Part shown: positions 1 through 13,102 of the stretch, piece after piece
How positions within the stretch are numbered: the stretch's first letter is position 1
Layout: the number at the start of each line of letters is the position of its first letter
Origin: Toensbergia leucococca
Lineage: Eukaryota
Reading direction: 5' to 3'
NCBI GenBank assembly: GCA_022813965.1
Contig: JALDZS010000024.1
Location: 62,001-126,000, forward strand
DNA: 64,000 nt
The notes under the pieces: generated by a model
Databases searched by the model: none
What the model was told of the DNA's origin: nothing
Seen by the model: only the letters and a program-made list of their open reading frames with translations
Position numbers and translations under genes: made by a program

Positions 1-3000
1 ACTTTGGGGTCACGCAGGAGGGCACGCGCAATGGCGATTCGTTGTTTTTGCCCGCCAGAGAGCATGCTACCTTTAGAGCCGACGACGGTGGAGAAGCCGT
101 CACTGAAAGGGAGAAGAGACGGTTAGCCATGCTAGCTATCTTGTTTCAAGGGGGGTAAATGCTTACGGTAAGGACATGATGAACTCGTAGATATTGGCGT
201 CCTTGCAAGCCTGCACAATGGCTTCCTCTGGCACATCTTCCCTGTCCGCACCCAAGAGTACGTTCTCTCTGATTGATCCCTGATATAACGTCGGTTCTTG
301 ACTCACGAGGGCAAGGAACCCTCGGTAATCGTTGATGTTCAAACTCGATATTTCTTTTCCGTCAACAAAGACACCACCGATCAGAGGGTCGTAAAAACGC
401 TCTAGTAACGCGATCGTGGTGCTCTTGCCACAGCCACTCGCTCCGACCAGCGCTACATATTGGCCGGGTTTTACAGTAAGGTTCAGGCCTCTTAGCACGG
501 GCTGCTCCGGCCTCGTGGGATATCTGAAGTGCACGTCTCGGAACTCGATTGTACCTTCCATGTCCTGGAGTGGTTCGCCATCCTTTGACCACGAATCGAT
601 ATCTGGCTTCCGGTCGAACAATATCTTGAGCTCATTTGCGGCTTGCTTCGCTTTTCCCATGTCTGGTGCAAAGGAGAATATAGTTCCGGCGGATTGAGCT
701 CCGAAGATGATGGCTGAAAAGCAGATAAAGAATTGCAGCATATCGTATTCACGATCTGCAATAAGTGTCCCTCCATACCAGAAACCCAGAGCAATACAGA
801 AAAACATGAAAGCTTGAGACGAGGCGTAGAGAAGTGAAGACCTGGCGACCGAACGAAAACTTCTTTGCCCTTGAAGTACTAAGGACTGGTGATAATGTTC
901 CCAGACGTCTTCTTCTCGAGTCAACGAGGCAACCGTTCGGATGGCCGCTGTGGCTTCGCAGGCATAGCTCGCAGAGGCTTCATACGCTTTCTTGGCCCTG
1001 TTCTGGAATTGCGCCAACATCCAGAAGCGGAAGAAGCCACACGCGAGTAGAACCGGTATTGTGGATGTACATACGAGAGCAAGCTTCCAACCGATAGCAC
1101 AAGAGACAGAGATGGCACCAATGAGCGTTGTGCTAACAATTAGAATTGTTCCGAGGGTTGAACCGCTCATACCAGCTAAATGTGTCGTTTCCGTTGACAA
1201 AAATGAAGTCAATGCACCGGCGGAGTTCTCTTCTTTGTCAAAAAATGCAATGTCTTGACGCAACATGGTTCGAAATGCTTGACCTCTTGCTCGATGGACC
1301 AATCGCTCAGAACAAAATGCGAACGCGACACCCTGACCGGCGAATGACAGAAATTGCACAATTGCCAGCATCAAATACATCAATGACCAGAAATTAATGT
1401 CGGACCTTAACTTTGCATATTGGCTAGGAGGTAGTGACAGAGAGACGATGGATTTGGCAAAGAAGACTGCTTGGGTAGGGTTACCTGCACCAGCAATAAT
1501 GCAGCAAAAAAGTCCAACAAGCATCAGGTGGGCTTCTTTTCTATTAAAGCTGCCAACGACTTTGATCAATGTCCATAAAGAGTAGTTGAATCCTGGATCT
1601 GGCTTCCTCGATTGCAATGCCATACTAGACGCCGACTTCTCGGAGACGGTGCGGTTGAGCTTATTAGCAATGTCGACATCATCAGGATCAGCCTCGAAGC
1701 CATTTCCCTTCTCTGGACTTGCCGTCTTGAAGATTTTCTCGTCTGCCTCGTCCAGCTGAGCGTTGATCTCCGCATTTTGTTCTTCCTTCTCTGCCGAGAT
1801 ACGTTGGGCTTCTACAAGATTATAATATGCGCCTTTCCCCTCTAAAAGCCGGTCGTGGGAACCTTGTTCGATAATTCGGCCTTGAGACATTACGACGATG
1901 TTGTCCGCGGTCTTGATGGTAGAAAGTCGATGAGCAATGACTATGGTCGTCCTTCCCTTGGCGGCTACGTCAAGTGCAGCTTGAACGACCCCCTCTGACT
2001 TGGTGTCTAAAGCTGATGTGGCCTCATCGAGCAACAGAATCTTAGGATTGCTGACCATTGCACGAGCTATCGCGATACGCTGCTTTTGCCCGCCTGACAA
2101 TAAGAAGCCGCGCTCACCAACGTTGGTATCGTAGCCCTCAGGAAGGCCAGAGATGAAATCGTGGGCGTTAGCCATCTTTGCAGCAGCGACGACAAGGTCC
2201 TTTGTATTTTCTGCGCCGGCCTTTTCGTACTGAGTGCCGATGAGGCCATGTTGAATATTGCCGAAGATGGTGGTGCCAAAAAGGGTCGGCTCTTGACTAA
2301 CCAAGGAGATTTGCTGCCTGAGCCATCGAAGATTCAGGTCCTGAACATCGTGACCATCGAGATATACATGGCCACCGACAGGGTCATAGAAACGTTCGAC
2401 CAATCCAACGATGGTACTCTTCCCAGATCCTGAAGCTCCAACCAAGGCCGTTGTCTTTCCAGCAGGAACGACAAGACTAACATCCTCCATCACCACCACC
2501 TCGGCTCTTGAAGGGTAGATGTGTTTGATGTTCTTCAACTCGACCTCGCCTTCCACGTGCTCGAGTTTTCCACCCTCTCTGGAAGCAGAATCCAAGGGCG
2601 AGATTCGATCAATAGTATTGAAGATCTTGCCAGCGGCGGCAACGCTAGTGGTGAAGGCTTGAGCATTCGGAGCAACGTTACCAAGTGAAAAGGCTCCGAT
2701 CATGACAGCAAGTAAAATAGTAAGAACATCAGAGAGTGTCATGTCCCCATCGACCAGGAATCGAGATCCTTGCCAAAATGAAAGACCATAATTTAGATAG
2801 ACGACGCACATCATACCCGCAATCATGAATCCCAGTGCAACCTTCACCTTGAGACCCCATTTCTCGGCTTCAGTCAGATGTCTATCGTACTGTCTAGCAA
2901 GCTTATCCTGGGTGCTGAATGCCGTGGCATTTCTGATTGAGCTGATGACTTCTTCTGCCACAGTCCCGCCGAGAGCATAAGCCTCCAGTGAACGTTTATT

Positions 3001-3925
3001 GTACTTGACGATGAAAGTTGATCCACCTCCCATGATGAGCACGATGGAAAATATAGTTGACGTCAGAATCAGAGTAAGCTTCCAATACTTGACGAAGCCA
3101 ATCACGAAAGCCGTGACAAATGTCGCAAGGGCCGTCAAGGTGAGACCAATCTTTTCAGATATTCCATCTTGCACCAGGTTTGTATCTGCAGTTATTCTCG
3201 TGGTGATCTCTCCAGCTCCTAACTTATCAAAGAAAGCAATGTTTTGGCGCAGGATCGCGGCGAGGTACTGTTCCCGAATCTTTTGCGTTATGTGCTCTCC
3301 AGAGTAGATGAAGCCTACCGTGCAGACGTATATGGTGATGAATTCTGCAATAGCTAAGTAAACAAAGTATAAAGTGTAATGTGACAATTCGGAAGTAAAC
3401 TTCGAGTGGGCCAGAGTGTTGTTGAAAAAGGCCTGAAAAGTGCCCGCTAATTGGCCAAAGATGACCTATTGAAAGAATCAGCAAGCTCAGCTGGAGCCAG
3501 AGATTGTAGCAATCACATACTGTCATAAGTGGCATGACAGCCCCTCCTACGATAGCACAGAGTGCGCTGATAGCAATTATAATTAGATCATTCCTTGTAG
3601 CATATCGGTACAAGGTCCTGAAAGTGACGGTGACCGGTGGAATCTCCAATTGCCTCCTAACGATGTCTCTCTCGTGCTCCGGAAGATGGGCATAAGCTTC
3701 GTCTCCTTCTTTCACATCCCGAACCTTCACAATCCGAGAATCAAGCTTTTCCACGACAACGTCCTCAGAAGATGAACTTGAGGCATGTCGATGTCCCTCT
3801 TGCTTTTCTCCCAGAACACCACTGCTCAAGTATTCCTCGTCAATCGAGCTACGCAGGGAAGCCTTCTCAATATTTTGATCCAGCTCTTTGGCGGCATGGC
3901 TCAGATCTCCTGCGGTGCTATCCAT
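1..3925 (-). CDS. ABCB/MDR-type multidrug ABC transporter (AtrD/Mdr1-like); 3' end runs off the window
   Basis: TMD-NBD-TMD-NBD layout. Walker [10 protein letters not shown] and GASGCGKST, signature [14 protein letters not shown], Walker [12 protein letters not shown]. Introns 3466-3520 and 103-166 join the ORFs 3227..3925 and 163..3387 to a final exon [33 protein letters not shown]. Confidence 0.96.
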
Positions 3926-4312
3926 GACAGGTCAAATTCATGGGAGAGCAAGAAAGTGGGAATGCGGGTTTCGGAAGATGGTGCGTGTTGTAGTATTTCA
4001 GCCAACTTGATACAGAACTCGTCAGGATGGGTACAATGAACGATAAGATTTGAAGGCAGCTAAGTAGTAGAAGAGACAGGAATAGTATGACCTCCAAGGT
4101 ATTAGTCGTATTTCAGCCGCACCAGGACATGAGTCACAGAGAGAAGATATTAAGGAAAGAAGGTAAAGACAGAGCGAAGGCGGTCTGGTCATTAGATTAA
4201 GACGGCATCATTCGTGGTCGCCTACCTACTCGGTCCTTAGCAATTTCAAGGTTCGGGTAGACGCTGATCCGGAGTCCACTAAATCTTTAGGAACGTCCGA
4301 GTTCCGAACATA

Positions 4313-4322
4313 CGGACGTCCG
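4313..4322. promoter_or_regulatory. Palindromic CGG-N4-CCG site (candidate Zn2Cys6 transcription-factor site) upstream of the ABC transporter
   Basis: CGGACGTCCG is a perfect palindrome inside a cluster of CCG/CGG triplets (about 4269-4322), ~390 bp upstream of the ATG at 3925. Confidence 0.35.
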
Positions 4323-4945
4323 ACAGAATTAGCTTGCGAAAACCATGGCAGCACACTCAATTTGGGAAGAATAGGCCAAAATGTCAATCAGCATAAGCAA
4401 GACTTTCGCATCAAATTTCAGGCATTCTGTGGGGTTTTTGGGAATCAGAAATAGTAGATGCAAATGGTAGCCGTACTTGGGCAAAAATATTTGCATTAAT
4501 CGTTTGGCGGGGTCAAGCGCGGATTCCATTTGTTAATCGCGAGCCGAGATGCATTCGAGGATTAGCTCATCATTCATTCCTTCACTCTTTTCGCCCACGC
4601 CAGCTTGATGACCTCCCTTTTAAACTCAGGTCAAATGCTGCAGCAGATGGGAAATAATAAAATATGTTTCATTTCACATGAGTGTCGTTGTATCAAAAAA
4701 GCGTGGTGTCAGTGTAGCTAGTAGCCTGACTTATCTAAGGGAAGCATTAAGTGCATCAAGTATCAATTATGAGTACTCTTACTGTAGGCTTCAGTAAATT
4801 ATGCCCTCTTAAGCGTTGTAGAATATCACGTGGTCAGCTTGCTAAGCGAAGCCAGGTGAAAGCCCTACGCTAAGGGCCACTCAAGATCCTGGACACAAAA
4901 GTGTGTCAACGACAACAACACCATCAGTGACGCTGAATCGTCAAG

Positions 4946-5242
4946 ATGCCTGTATGTATAGTACTTATGCTCTTGGTCCCAATTCCACCACTAATCCCAA
5001 CCGTCTTATTTAGAGCCACAAATCCTTTCGCACAAAACAAAAGCTCGCCAAAGCACAAAAGCAAAATCGCCCCATCCCTCAGTGGATCCGTCTGCGCACA
5101 GGAAACACCATCCGGTAGGCACTCAATTTTATCTCTTGCCCATAAGATGATCATGGAAAAGACGGGAGATGTGTAGCTGACGGGGCATGATAGGTACAAT
5201 GCAAAGCGACGACACTGGCGCAAGACCCGCATCGGCATATAA
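4946..5242 (+). CDS. RPL39: 60S ribosomal protein L39 (eL39)
   Basis: Exons 4946-4951, 5014-5114 and 5194-5242 splice to [51 protein letters not shown]. The ORF track misses this product. Confidence 0.98.
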
Positions 5243-6077
5243 ACAGCTCGCCATCCATATCTCGAACAGATTTCTGCTGTCGCTCTCGGTATAGCTGGCA
5301 TGTCGATCTTTGGAAGGGAGAAAGTTGAATGGGCGAACTAGGGGGTGGATAGGGAAACAGGGAGATGGTACTCCGAGGGAGAGATGTTACCATAGCTGGC
5401 GCTACGAATGGACATGGAAAAGACTAAATCATGGACTGCTTTTCTACCTTTGTCCAAATACTCAATGTGATACGTGTGGTTCAGTGGAAGAATCCGGCTG
5501 GCCTCATTTTTGCTTGCCCATAAATCTGCTGAACATACGGAGATCCGACATGGAGGTTGTTCTACTTGGATTGCTTTCAATCCAGCCGAACAGATCTTTG
5601 CATCCTACCACTACCCAGGAATGAGATGTAGAATGACAATTTTTCGAGACAGCGATATATGTAATAAGCTTGCCCGCTTGCAAGCGATAGTAATGGCTTC
5701 ATCTCACTCGGAAAGAAGAAATCATATCATTCACTAGCTCTATGCAAAGTTGATTGCAAATAAGTATTCCTTATCTACCTATGTAACACTGATGTTGGTA
5801 TCCTCCAAGACGACCATACCTTATGTATGACCTCCAGGCACCTGAAAGAAGGCGTGTGAAGGAGGATCCGTCCGCCAGAACTATGCAGAAAGGAAGTGAA
5901 TAGGACACCAGGGCGCCCACAGTCAGCACGAGAGAACAATCACTATTGAAACGCCATGCACATTCATGATTCATAGCCACCCATGCTGGACAGAGTTTTG
6001 AAGAACTGGCCAGCGGAGTGACATAAGCCAAGATACTGCAAGGAACATCAGTATCGAGGCTTTGTGAATCCAAGTGA

Positions 6078-6816
6078 CTAGCGACTATATCACACAGTCA
6101 GCGAGAGTCTAAGAGAACAGTCTCGATGAAATGTAGGCTTACTCCTCGGCCCACTCGTTCTCACGACGAATTTGATCCTCCTCCTCAGGGGTGAAGTCGT
6201 TTTGAATGTTGAAAGTCTTACGGATCTCCTCAGGGGACTTGCCCTTGATCATGTTGGCAACAGTCTTGCAACCAACATCAAGAAGAGCCTTAATGTCAAG
6301 ATAATTGGCAGCCTAGGAATGATACTTCAGCGCTTTGCCACACTCGAAGGTTGGACATATGATGACTTACCAGAATAATTTCAAAGAGCATCTCCTGATC
6401 GACCTGCATGAACTTCTGATCCCATTCCTCGATGTCGGTTGTCTTCTTACGGGAGTCGGAATCATCGTCGTTGGTCGCAGGAGGGTCAGCCTTGTGGTGT
6501 TCACACCATTCAATAACTTTCCTCAAAACAGCCTCGTTGACCTATGAGTCTGTATCAGCTTTGACGCTGCAAATGTCGGAAGTCTCCGGTAACATACGTT
6601 GGGAATTGGAATAGCATCGGTCGTAGCTTCATCACCGACATCCTCCATCATATTTTTGATGAGAATGGAACGCTCAGCGACATCACGGTCTACAACAATC
6701 AACACATTAGTCAAGTGATTGTGAGACTAGGGGAGAGTTTCAGTTGAACGAATCGTACCAACTGTTATCTCAACATGATCCGAACTCGCAAGAGTAATCT
6801 TGACCGGTGCAGACAT
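6078..6816 (-). CDS. SKP1: SCF ubiquitin ligase subunit Skp1 (SconC)
   Basis: Spliced product [13 protein letters not shown]...[13 protein letters not shown]...[22 protein letters not shown]...[26 protein letters not shown]...[16 protein letters not shown], with four GT-AG introns. Confidence 0.97.
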
Positions 6817-7601
6817 GATAAATTGGTTACGGGGTTTTGTAAGAGCCGGTTGGATTGTAGAATATGACAAGTCGAAGGTATTGTTGCACCAGGATAATGT
6901 CGTGTGGAAGAAGAGAAGTGTTTGTGACAAACGTTTCCTTGGAGATTAAGTACCCTGAGGAGCTGGCAGTTGTAGGTGAAGTGGGTGTTGAAGGAGTCAA
7001 TTAAAGGCAAGTGTCAGTTAGAAGATAGGTACGGAGTAGTGAAGGGACACAGGCACCACAGGCAGAGGCCAACAACGGCGAGCCGAGAGAGCTTAAAATA
7101 AGCTTTTGAATGCATCATCCTGCAAGCAGGCTAGCGTCGATAGAGCACAAACACTTGACACTTGACATTTGACACTTTACGGATAGAGTATCGACATCGT
7201 TTACACAATCACGCAACGAGAAAGTGTTTGTCCCTCTCTGTTGCACACTTGAGTGGCATGGGCTCTTGCAGCATATTAAAGTCCACACGCAGAGAATCTG
7301 GGAGCCAATCATCTCGAGCATTGATATCAGGAAGAACACAGGGATAATGAAGCATCTGATACTCCGTACAGACCACTCAGACAGCGGAGGCGCTTTGTAG
7401 TTTGCGGCGCTGTTGTGTAGAATTATTCGTCTTTTTAGTTGAGCCTCGAGCCTGTCCAACCGTAGAATATTCTATGCTTGGGTGCCTAAACATCTACCTA
7501 TTCTAGAATAAATAGTTTAAGTTTGCCGAATTGCAATTTCCCATTCGAGATTGCTTATGCCCCAACCATGAGCATGCACTGGTGTTCTCCACGCAAAAAG
7601 T

Positions 7602-9383
7602 ATGTGGAGTCGAGCCAATCTGCTGTTGATCCTCGTCAGATTGTACTTTGCTCTATCACCAAGCTACATCCATCCTGATGAGAACTTTCAGGGGCCAGAA
7701 GTAATTGCCGGTAAGCATTCCCTCGTGATTGACTTCGTGGGAATCTTCAAAGCAAAACTTGAGGCGTCTTCTGCATTGAATAAGTCTTCTATCGTGGCCT
7801 AGAATCTCTCACTCAAGCATTCTCTACCTATTGAATGCGTACCCTGATACTGATGTGATTGGCCACACCAGGTCGGATCTTCTCCTTTCCGCATAGCGCA
7901 ACATGGGAATTCACGTCCTCAGATCCAATCCGGAGCGTGTTCCCACTATGGCTTTTTTATGGCTTGCCGATGACTGTACTGCGCTGGGTCTGTACAGAGA
8001 CCGGGAAAGAAGAGGTTGCGCCCAAAATCATATACTACACGTTGCGAGTCCTCATGTTCATCCTGAGCCTCGTGCTGGAAGATTGGGCAATTCGTGAACT
8101 AGTACCGTCACGCCGACAGCGACGGGTGGCAGTAGTCTTGGTGGCTTCTTCCTATGTGACTTGGACATATCAAACCCACACCTTCTCGAATTCCATAGAA
8201 ACGTTACTGGTTACTTGGAGCTTGGTCTATATACAACGGATTCTAGAAAAGAGCGTACGGAAAGTCCATCCACATCTGACAAATCTCATGTTTATGGCGC
8301 GTAGCAAAAGTCTTCGCTGCTTGCATCAGCAATTCTGGGCTTTTTGATCACCTTTGGCACGTTCAACCGCATCACTTTTCCCGCCTTTCTGTTGGCTCCC
8401 GGTCTTTACCTTGTCCCTCACTTCTTCCGAAAGTTCGTCCCCTAGTCCGAGAAAATTCATCCCACCCATTAACTCCTGCTACCAGACCCCTCTCCCTTCT
8501 GATCTTCACTATCACCGCGGTTCTCACCGCCCTCCTTGCAATCACAATCGACACATCCTTCTATCAGTCCCTCACCCTGAGCAACCTTCTTCAACACCCG
8601 ACCCTCACCCCGTTGAACTCCCTCCTTTACAATACCTCCCCCTCCAATCTTGCCCTCCATGGCACCCATCCGCCTTATCAACACTTCTTCGTCAACTTCC
8701 CCATTCTACTCGGTCCCGCCCTCCTCACCCTACCCTTCCTTCCAAGCCCCTTTCCTCCACCACTCCCTCTCACCTCCGCTTTAACAGGCACACTCCTCCT
8801 TTCCTTCATCTCCCACCAAGAAACTCGCTTCCTCCTACCCGCTGTCCCTCTCCTCCTTTCCTCACTCCGCCTTCCCATATCTCCCTTGTACACCCGTTAC
8901 TTCTTGCTAATCTGGCTCATCTTTAATGCTGCCTTGGGCGTGCTAATGGGCATCTATCATCAAGGCGGCGTAATCCCCACTCAACTCTGGCTAGGGCAGC
9001 AGAATGGGCTCGGGTTGGCGGAGGTGTTGTGGTGGCGCACATATAGCCCGCCAGTATGGCTGCTGGATGGAAAAGGGATTCTGACGACAGATCTCATGGG
9101 TATGAGGATAGAGAAGATGATGGGGATGGTGGCTGAAAGAGTGGAAATGTGTGACCAGCGCATAGGTTTAGTGGCACCAAGGTCAAGCGTTGACTTGGAT
9201 GCGTGGATGAATGGTAATGGCTTGATCTTTGACGAGTTATGGGCCCACACACAGCATGTGAATTTGGACGATTTAGACATTGGAGGAGACGGAATTTGGG
9301 CAACGCTGGAAAGGGTGATTGGAAGAAGGGGTTTGGTGTTCTGGAGCGTCAGAAAGCGATGCGACAAGCAAGAGGGAGACTGA
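7602..9383 (+). CDS. SMP3: GPI mannosyltransferase 4 (Alg9-like GT22, Smp3/PIG-Z)
   Basis: [19 protein letters not shown]...[24 protein letters not shown] and MGIYHQGGV motifs; hydrophobic; three introns. Confidence 0.92.
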
Positions 9384-9616
9384 GGTTCATTAGAATCGTG
9401 ATTAGCGCATCATGAACTTAATATCTACCGGCGCTTTATAATCCATCTCTATGAATGAACATAGAGTCTCTTTGGGGGGGTTGTATCGATCTGCAAACAA
9501 GAATCTGCATACAATACAAGCTAAAGACATGGATTGGGAATTGAAGACGAGATCTGACTGTCAGACTGAGCCATCATATGCAAGGCAAAACGCTTTGACG
9601 GCAAATGGTGGGTCAC

Positions 9617-11287
9617 TCAAGCCTCATCCGCCTCATCTGGCTGGTCAAACAAAAAGTTCGCTGCCCACTCCTCATTTTTGTCACACGCAAAATAAGCCTG
9701 GATAACTAAATCCCTCTCAAACCCAAGGCGACACAACTACTTGTATTAGCCTTCAAAAATGTCATGTTCACAGCAAAGCAGCAGCTTACCCGCTCGATAG
9801 CTTCTCGCTCTTCTTCTGTGACGCTCACAGTCTGCAAACCTGGGGGTACCGGCACATCCTCATCGGCATCCTCGCTCAAAAGCTGAAGGAACTGATCTGG
9901 ATTCTGCCCGATCATTTGCGCGAGCTGTGGGTTTCCAGCGCCCACTTGTTGCAGGATTGGCTCCAGCATACGAGGCTGTGACTGGACAATCTGTCGGAGT
10001 TGCTGAAATTGAGGATTGTTTCGAAGGAAATCCAAGTTTCCGAGACCGCCAGCTCCAGTACCTGCTCCAGCACCTAGACCCTGAAAACTCTCTGGCGATA
10101 GACCAGTGGTAGCTGCTGAAGCCGGACGTTGTTGACGGGGAGCATTTGCGCCACCACGTCCTGCCTGTGCAGCTGCTTCAAAAAGATTGATTGGCTGATC
10201 ACCAGCATCGCCAGAGTTATCCGCCGGTGCAGGGGCTGTCCCAGGCACTGGTGCTGGCGAACCCACATCACTAGCACCGGTCGCACCGGTCGCACCACCA
10301 CCAGCTTGGCCACCACGAGGTGTTGAGCGCGGTCGTTGCTCTTGTTGGATATTGTCCGGGATACCCTACAACAAATTAGAGACGGTTTTAAAAAAGATTT
10401 GTTGGCTAACGTTGAGTAAGTATTCGACAGCACGATCTGGGTTAAAGAAGGCTGCCCTCATAGCCCGATCTATATCAGCTCTCGGAAAGCCCATGCTCTC
10501 CATGTTTGTAATGGCCGCTTCGCGCTCTGCACCAAGTGTGAGAGCTGATGGGTCATTGAAAGTTCCCTCCTCTGTTGATGTATTGTCTGAGGCAGCTGGA
10601 ATCGGTGTAGGGGTGGCTGGCGGGTTAGTGGCCACACTCGATGACGCAGGGGCTGGAGCAGCAGGAGGAGCGGGTGTTGATGCGGCAGCTGGAGCAGGGG
10701 TGGAAGGAGCTTTTGAAGGAGTGGAGGCCGAGGATGAGCTAGCAGGTACTACTTTGGGCTTTGCCTATGATGAGTGGATTATTTGGGACGTCTAGCATTT
10801 GTGAGGGCATACCTTTGACATCATGCAGACTATAAAGCCCTTCTCCTCAATATGGTACGACTCAACCGTATTAGCATCCTGTAAAATCTTGCCTAAATTT
10901 TGAAGACAGATGTTAATATCAAAACGACAAGGCCGTCCCTAGCAAGTTGCTCATTCGACCTGCTTGTGCCTCTAACGTACCCGAGTAGATGAGCTTTTGC
11001 TGACTCGCCTCCCATCCTTTTTCTTTTGAAATTTTCTCTTTGACCTGTGCGATCTAACCAAAACACGCCCTAATCAGCACGGGCATTTTTCCAGGTCGCA
11101 CATTTCAAGCAGAATTCTCAAGGCTGCCGCATGTTTGTTGATAGTAGCTGCATACCGTTTCGGAAGGCTCAGCTTCGATGACGAATTTCTGCTGCTTCAA
11201 ATCCTGACAAAATGAAGGTGTCGTTAGCTCAAAGGTACTCCTCTATACCGCCTAGGCGTCGTGGCTGACCTTGAAAGTAAGCTTCAT
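9617..11287 (-). CDS. RAD23: UV excision repair / ubiquitin receptor Rad23 (UBL-UBA-XPCB-UBA)
   Basis: MKLTFKDLKQQKF UBL start; [33 protein letters not shown]1; [21 protein letters not shown]-binding domain; [15 protein letters not shown]...AANFLFD UBA2. Confidence 0.97.
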
Positions 11288-13102
11288 CTTGCCCCCTCTA
11301 AGACTTGTACGATGCAGTAAACAAAAGAATTCGGATCACACGATAACTTGGCCGTGAGATGGAACTTTTGTAAAAAAAGAAGGTCGAACGGGAATCAAAG
11401 GTATGAGAAGACTCGCTTCAGGGTGACGATGCCAGTGATGAAATGATGAATGATGTTCTAGTACAAGTGGATATCCGATTCAGTCATTCAGGGAACGAGG
11501 GAATGAAGTGAACGCCCCAGACGCCCACCTGATGGCGCTAGGCTCCCTAAGGCTTAGCGTATTTGGTCTAGGTACCTCGGTACCTTAGGCTGACACGGTC
11601 TCGTTGCGAGTTATCCAAGTTTCATCCCTTCCGTTGTTCTCATGGCTACCTACCTGCTTTACATGCTTTGTCTACAAGTCTTGTACCGTGGTAGAGTCAA
11701 CACTTGGCATCAAGTCGATTGCATTTGTTTTGTCTGCATTGAGATTGAAGGTCGTTATGTACATCACATATCAGGGACCTCTTGAGTGAGTGGAAGCATG
11801 ACTTCAGCTACCACGCTTTTCATTGACCTTTATTTGATGATGCGACTTGAGTTTATGGACCAAAGTAGGTAGCTGTATCTGTACCACCACCACCTTCGTC
11901 TCCAACTCGTCGACAGAGTGGAACTAGATTGGAAGTGCACCAAATCGAGGCGAAGGCGAATACCTCATCAGGGTCGGCACGAGTAACTCAACAGAATTTT
12001 CCTTCAAAGAGCTCCCTAATCTAGAAGTTGTCGGCGTCCAAATACCTTACTCAGCAGAATTTGGAGCTTGACCTCATTGCAGACCTTAGACCTCATGTTG
12101 TTGCGGGCCAACGAGCCGACAAGGATAGAATATGCTAAGGCCCGTCTCCACAGAGTCGGATTTAGACTCGGTGACGCCATTTCGCAAGCTCAGCCTCCAC
12201 GGTGCTTATTACGTATTTTCCCGCTTTTCCAACGCGTTAGACACGGCCAAGTTCAGAACGTGAAGTAAACAACGGCAATGCCGCTTATCCCAGTCAAGGG
12301 AGTATCCCAGAATCCCAGGCTCGGGATCCTGTACTGGACCCTAGAATATCAAGTATCAACAAGCAACGAGCAACAAGTACCTTAACTAACCCTCATCCCC
12401 TATGCCCATCTCCTTCATCACTTCTTCAATTCCATCCCTTCTATTTCATATCGAACCTAATTGATGCTATTACGCTATTCGCAGAAACATTGATTCAATT
12501 TTATGCAACGCCCTAATACATAATGCCATCGCGTTTTTCACATATTAAGATTACCCCGGACTATTCTCTGCCTGCTGTTTGACGAGGTGCAGCAAACATC
12601 ACAGCCGATAGTGCTGCAGCCAAAGAAATTCTCTCGCATATATAGCAGAGGCCATCTACCCTGACCCTACCAAGAACCCTGCGCGTCACAGTTTCGTCGC
12701 GTCTGATACCCTCTGGCCGCCTTCAATTATCTTCAACTATACCTCTTGAACATGATGAACACCAATCTATCAATGTGATATCTCCGTCGTTAAGAGAAGT
12801 TTAGAGGCCTGCCAATCTATTGCTCGATATCCTTATACCTGTAGCCATCCGTCGACAGCCAGAATCTTCCTCCACAATTTGCTGTCCTTGTCACCCGACT
12901 TTTGGCCATTGACCGAGACCGTTGAACAAAAACTAGGGTTTCACTTCGAATGCTGCATGATTGAAAGGCTAGGGAATCAGGGTCGCGAGTCAATTGCTCC
13001 GAAGTTACTATTTGGGAAAAATTCCATCATCAAAACAAAAAATAGGACAGGCACCTAGAGGACGAGAAACTCTGATCAAATATTCAAGGACAGCTAGGTG
13101 CT

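Noticed and set aside
1..3925. ABC transporter as a marker of a secondary-metabolite gene cluster
   Set aside because: No PKS, NRPS, terpene synthase or tailoring enzymes in the window and the neighbours are housekeeping genes; sequence left of the window is unseen.
4924..5301. ORF-track ORFs of 125 aa (minus) and 76 aa (plus) at this locus
   Set aside because: They are shadows of the three-exon RPL39 gene.
7711..7871. Longer first intron of SMP3 as a possible C/D snoRNA host
   Set aside because: Only an imperfect C box (GTGATTGA); the CTGA motifs coincide with the branch-point region; no recognisable guide sequence.
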